Below are positions 60,141 to 64,000 of a DNA stretch of 64,000 nucleotides, one piece after another. This DNA comes from Candidatus Omnitrophota bacterium. GTDB taxonomy: Bacteria; Omnitrophota; Gorgyraeia; 2-02-FULL-51-18. The DNA is taken from NCBI GenBank assembly GCA_945877765.1, contig CAMDWQ010000010.1:5679-69678 (forward strand), in the 5' to 3' direction. Both the position numbers and the translations under genes were made by a program. Within the stretch, counting starts at the first letter, position 1. Each line of letters starts with the position of its first letter. Below the pieces are notes generated by a model, which made no database searches, was not told the origin of the DNA, and was given only the letters and a program-made list of their open reading frames with translations.

Positions 60141-60948
60141 TCTGGGGACACGTACCTAATTCACCCTAACTTACTTTGGTTTTGGCCCAGGTTTAATTTT
60201 TCTAAGCATTCTTCCAGTTTTATCTTCCAGCATCTCAATAAACTCGTCAGAGCCCAGAGGTTTGCCGCTGGAGAGATGCCCCTGGATTAGGTTTATTTCT
60301 TTGTTGCTTGCCGAGGCTAGGTAATCTGACCAATCTTGGATTTCTTCGGTAAGAAAAAAGTCACTAAGCAGTTCATCTTTAAGCTTTAGGACTCTTGTTC
60401 TGGCGCTAGACCAGGGGTAATCTTGAGCCTTGATTACGATAGCTGCTTTGACAGGGTTTGTCTCAACATAGCGAACCGCAGCATAAAGATGCTGTTGATC
60501 TAGAACATAGCTTAAGAATCGTCCCTGCCACAAATACCCACGCCATCTCTCCCGAAAATTAATCATTCGTGTATATCGTCTATGGGTTTGACCGAAAGCT
60601 GATCGGAGCGACTCTTCTTTCTTGGGAACGGCTACAAAATGGACGTGATTATCCATAAGGCAGTAGGACCAGATAACAACTCCAAAGCGTTCACATTGGG
60701 CTTTTAAGATCTCCAGGTAAGCTTTTTTATCGCTGTCAGCAAAGAAGACCCGTTGTCTTCGATTCCCGCGCTGGATGATGTGATGCGGTAGTCCCGGAAC
60801 TATGAGTCGTGCGATTCTAGGCATGTAAGTGTCCCTCCACCATACAGGACGACACAGAACCTCACTTTCGTCATAAATAAATCGGAAATTTTAGAACTAC
60901 TTACAACAAGTAACGTGGCGGTGTGGGAATTAGGTACGTGTCCCCAGA
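60141..60948 (-). mobile_element. TIR-bounded RAYT-like element
   Basis: Perfect 22-bp TIR: tctggggacacgtacctaattc (60141-60162) and gaattaggtacgtgtccccaga (60927-60948). Confidence 0.88.
60171..60824 (-). CDS. RAYT/IS200-like HUH tyrosine transposase
   Basis: PHHIIQRGN, YCLMDNHVH (HUH), LWQGRF, RYVETNPVKA, YPWSS. Confidence 0.93.
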   Translation of the reverse strand: MPRIARLIVPGLPHHIIQRGNRRQRVFFADSDKKAYLEILKAQCERFGVVIWSYCLMDNHVHFVAVPKKEESLRSAFGQTHRRYTRMINFRERWRGYLWQGRFLSYVLDQQHLYAAVRYVETNPVKAAIVIKAQDYPWSSARTRVLKLKDELLSDFFLTEEIQDWSDYLASASNKEINLIQGHLSSGKPLGSDEFIEMLEDKTGRMLRKIKPGPKPK

Positions 60949-61150
60949 TGCGTGCAGATGCCCAGATGCGAAAAAGAAAAGGGCTCAAGCGACCCCTTTG
61001 TTGTTTGTTGGATTATAGGTATATACCCATAGAGCATTGAATTTTTTAGCGCTTAAAAAGTTCAACTCGCCCGTTAATCGAAAAAAAATCTAAATAAAGT
61101 TTTGACGAAAAGCAGGCCCTCTGTCGTCAAGTAAGTAAGGGGAGGGTATC

Positions 61151-61354
61151 ATGCAAATAAAAATAATCTTACGAGGTTTGAAATTTGTGGAGGCTTGCCA
61201 CGCGGCGCAGGCTTCGTATGAGGAATGGATCCAATGTTTCAGCGAGCCCGAGCTGAATCAATATTTTAGCCAGTTAGCCGCTATCCGGCAGGGCTTGGTC
61301 GAATTAGCCTCCAATGCCGCAGAAATTGTTGATCGATCTGAAATAGATGACTAG
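61151..61354 (+). CDS. Small hypothetical protein
   Basis: 67-aa ORF with strong RBS ggggaggg. Confidence 0.5.
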   Translation: MQIKIILRGLKFVEACHAAQASYEEWIQCFSEPELNQYFSQLAAIRQGLVELASNAAEIVDRSEIDD

Positions 61355-61404
61355 GAGGCTAATAAAATATAAATTGTATATACAAATATATTGACATATA
61401 ATAC

Positions 61405-61662
61405 ATGAAAACCGTGCGTTGGCATTTTCTTAAGAATGAAAGGCTTAAAAAACTTAGGGGCGTGGGCTTCGAAGATATTCTTGGCTGGAATCATATTCAG
61501 ACGCTTCAACACCCCCTTAAATCCTATGAACAAATAATGTTGTATGAGCGGAATGGGCGCATTTGGGCAGTGCCCATCGTAGAAACGGAACGGGAGATTG
61601 TCCTAAAAACATTATATCCGAGTCGAAAGTTTACTAAAATGTACAAACAGGGGCGGTTGTGA
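61405..61662 (+). CDS. BrnT-like toxin
   Basis: W..LKNERLKKLRGVGFEDI, IVLKTLYPSRK; upstream palindrome ttgtatatacaa. Confidence 0.8.
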   Translation: MKTVRWHFLKNERLKKLRGVGFEDILGWNHIQTLQHPLKSYEQIMLYERNGRIWAVPIVETEREIVLKTLYPSRKFTKMYKQGRL

Positions 61663-61904
61663 GACGAATTAAATTATCAAAATATGAAAAATGGATTGAG
61701 GGGCATGCGGATGAGTATGTGCCTGTATCCAAAGAAGATCACCAGAGTATCGCGGATATCATTAAATCTTATCGAAAGAATGCTGTTCTTAATATCCGAG
61801 TTAACAGCACGGATCTTCAATGTCTCAAAGATAAAGCTAAAAAACTGGGAGTTAAATACCAGACATTTATTTCCCAGATTCTTCACCAGGTGGCTCAGAG
61901 CTAG
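61659..61904 (+). CDS. BrnA/CopG-like antitoxin
   Basis: LNIRVNSTDL..LKDKAKKLGVKYQTFISQILH. Confidence 0.82.
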   Translation: MRRIKLSKYEKWIEGHADEYVPVSKEDHQSIADIIKSYRKNAVLNIRVNSTDLQCLKDKAKKLGVKYQTFISQILHQVAQS

Positions 61905-61956
61905 TTTGCGCAGGGTTGCCGCGCAAACTAGCCGTCAAGCGTTGCTTCGTTTCCCT

Positions 61957-62166
61957 CTATCCAGGTGAGCGTCTTGGGTCTTCCAGCAACCTCTGGACTT
62001 CCGAGGTGGTGGCTCCGAACTCCTTGGCGACGGCGATGATGTCGCTGCAGACTTCGTAACGTTCCTGACGCAGGGCGTCTTTGAGATAGAGGAGAGCGGT
62101 CAGCTTCACCGGGTGCTTTAAGCCCCCGACTCGCGCGCTCCCCGTATAAGGGATGGTTTTAATCAT
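61957..62166 (-). CDS. 69-aa hypothetical protein (UVR-like helical motif)
   Basis: RBS aggag before ATG 62166; LKDALRQERYEVC. Confidence 0.7.
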   Translation of the reverse strand: MIKTIPYTGSARVGGLKHPVKLTALLYLKDALRQERYEVCSDIIAVAKEFGATTSEVQRLLEDPRRSPG

Positions 62167-62199
62167 TTTATTTCTCCTTGTTGTGAATGTTCCGAAAAC

Positions 62200-62237
62200 A
62201 AAAACCCCCGCCACCTTTATCAGGTAGCGGGGGTTTT
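62200..62237 (-). terminator. Intrinsic terminator in the leader of the 69-aa gene
   Basis: aaaacccccgctacc-tgataaa-ggtggcgggggttttt on the minus strand. Confidence 0.8.
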
Positions 62238-62261
62238 GGAACCTTCGTTGTTTAGTGCTTG

Positions 62262-62414
62262 TTAGCTAGCTAAACCTTCCTTCACCCCGCCACCCGAGAC
62301 TTGCTTCGCCATAAGACGATAGCAATGGCAAAAAGACGCTGCCATAACCGGCCATACGGCGGTCGTAGCACGCTTCGCGGATAGAACGTTGTGAATTCGG
62401 TTTGAGACTAACAT
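62262..62414 (-). CDS. Putative 50-aa leader peptide
   Basis: ATG 7 nt after a TATACT -10 box; ends just before the terminator and contains the antiterminator arm. Confidence 0.45.
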   Translation of the reverse strand: MLVSNRIHNVLSAKRATTAVWPVMAASFCHCYRLMAKQVSGGGVKEGLAS

Positions 62415-62418
62415 AGTA

Positions 62419-62925
62419 TTGAGTATAATCATTTTTTGGCTGTTTTCAATGGTTTTTTTGAAATATTTTAGGAGGGTTGCTAACTCTTTGAAACGTATTA
62501 CGTTAGCTCTGTTAACTGGATTGCTTGTGGTCTCTATTTCCTTTGGGCTTTTAAAGCAAGTCAAAAAAAACTTTGATTGGTACCACCCATCCGCTCATCA
62601 AGAGCCAGGATCGGATCTAGTTTTGTGGCGAGATCGGATTCTGGGATTAATGAGTCCGGCGTATCGAACAAAGCCCATGCTGTATGTCCGAGAGCCTCGC
62701 TTGCCAGAATCCGACATTATTGCCGGGGAAGCTGGCTATATCGCCCAATATGCGCTGGCACCAATTTTAATCTTCAGGGGAAATGGTCAGCCCGGCCCCT
62801 ACGTATTTTTAGATTTTTTATCCAATGAAGAAGCCCAGGTATACGCTAAGGGTCAGAATTTGAGAATATTAGAAAAGGAAGCGGGTAGGGCCTTGGCGGT
62901 TCGGGAAGGGGAGTTTAGAGCATGA
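62419..62925 (+). CDS. Membrane-anchored hypothetical protein
   Basis: N-terminal TM, YIAQYALAPIL; start probably TTG 62488; ATGA overlap with the next gene. Confidence 0.65.
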   Translation: MSIIIFWLFSMVFLKYFRRVANSLKRITLALLTGLLVVSISFGLLKQVKKNFDWYHPSAHQEPGSDLVLWRDRILGLMSPAYRTKPMLYVREPRLPESDIIAGEAGYIAQYALAPILIFRGNGQPGPYVFLDFLSNEEAQVYAKGQNLRILEKEAGRALAVREGEFRA

Positions 62926-64000
62926 TGATTGAGATTTTTTTAATCTACGGACTTCTCCTATTGTGCGGATGGTTGGTTTGGCCGGGCAGCCAGTCAGAAG
63001 ATTGGAAGCTTTTACGCGTTTGCGCGGCGCCGCTTTTTGGATTTGGGCTCGCGGCGGCTATTTTATTTTTTAATCTCCTTATTTCGGGGTCTATTTTTTT
63101 GATGGCAGATCTATTGGTACTGATCTTTTTTTCAGTTGGTATATTTTTTAAAAATAAAAAAGCGCCAGTCTTTCCAATTTTTACTAAGAATGGATTTGGT
63201 TTTATGGACTGGTTTGTTTTGATGCTCTCAATTGTTTTATTTACTACCTGCTTTTTGAAATCTCCTTATGGAAATGGACTTGATGTCTGGGCGATATGGA
63301 AGCTTAAAGCCCGCTTTATTTATAGTGGATCCTGGCAGAGCCTATTCGACCCCAATGTGGATTTTTCGCACAACGCTTATCCTGTTTTGTATCCGCTTCT
63401 GCTTTGTTGGGGATGGATAGCCTCTGGCGGGGAGAGTATCGCCGCATCATTTTTAATCCTAGCGATCATCAATGTTGTTACGGCGGTTCTTTTGATCGCC
63501 GCTTCCAAAAAAATGGGTATCAAGCACTCATGGATCCCGGCTCTTTTTCTAGTTTCAGCGCCCGCGTGGACAGGTATCTCTTCGTCGCAGTATGCGGATG
63601 CGATTGTTGCCTGTTACACGCTTGGCGGAGTGGTTTATATGTATTTTGCTGTCAAAGAAGGGGAGGGTAGGGCTGCGTTTGTTTCCGGGCTGATGTTTGG
63701 TATAGGCACATTGGTAAAGAGTGAGGGGCAGATGATCATTTTCGCTGCGGCGATGGCTCTTTTGGCCGTCTTGTGCGTTGAACGTGACAAGCGGAGCGCC
63801 ATGAGGCTTTTTATTTCATTTCTTGCAGGAGCTTCTATTTTTTTGGTGGTGACACTGATCTTTAGGTTGAGATCGGGGGCAGCGGATGAGATGGTTTCCT
63901 GGGGTCATTTTACCGACCTTTGGATTCGGCCAGACAAATGGGAGAGATTGGGCGTAGTCGCGCACGCCTATTGGAGGGAAATTTTTGAGGAGAATAACTG
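62922..64000 (+). CDS. Polytopic membrane protein, GT-C (ArnT/PMT-like), 3' truncated by window
   Basis: Open to the window end: DVWAIWKLKARFIY, HNAYPVLYPLL, QYADAIVA, LVKSEG; many TMs. Confidence 0.7.
   Translation, partial: MMIEIFLIYGLLLLCGWLVWPGSQSEDWKLLRVCAAPLFGFGLAAAILFFNLLISGSIFLMADLLVLIFFSVGIFFKNKKAPVFPIFTKNGFGFMDWFVLMLSIVLFTTCFLKSPYGNGLDVWAIWKLKARFIYSGSWQSLFDPNVDFSHNAYPVLYPLLLCWGWIASGGESIAASFLILAIINVVTAVLLIAASKKMGIKHSWIPALFLVSAPAWTGISSSQYADAIVACYTLGGVVYMYFAVKEGEGRAAFVSGLMFGIGTLVKSEGQMIIFAAAMALLAVLCVERDKRSAMRLFISFLAGASIFLVVTLIFRLRSGAADEMVSWGHFTDLWIRPDKWERLGVVAHAYWREIFEENN

Overview
Bacterial chromosomal window. It is probably Candidatus Omnitrophota or another PVC-lineage diderm; this is inferred from gene content (no rpmD in the spc operon, a TonB receptor, a 4239-aa secreted giant protein). 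1-10.2 kb is the spc/alpha ribosomal operon (rplN to rplQ). 10.4-38.6 kb is mostly housekeeping: aminotransferase, IDH-family enzyme, lipA, a cobalamin riboswitch with a BtuB-like receptor, gap-pgk-tpiA-secG, an opp/dpp ABC transporter, glgC, thiG, leuB-asd-truA and bolA. It is interspersed with TA modules and two families of intergenic palindromic repeats. One family also forms terminal inverted repeats around a small GIY-YIG (Ssn-like) nuclease pseudogene that the ORF track missed. 39-52 kb encodes a 4239-aa signal-peptide protein built like a polymorphic toxin: repeats, a glycosidase-like barrel, an ILEI domain, a C39-like domain, an internal double-glycine leader motif, a hydrophobic segment and an alpha/beta-hydrolase tip. 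A translationally coupled, membrane-anchored TPR protein follows as a candidate immunity gene. 52-62 kb is an accessory/defence region: a DGQHR protein with nuclease-like and HEPN-like ends, a DpnI-like enzyme, TA pairs, mscS, a TIR-flanked RAYT-like HUH transposase and an attenuator-like leader. I saw no rRNA, tRNA or CRISPR array. All domain calls are by eye from motifs; no searches were run.
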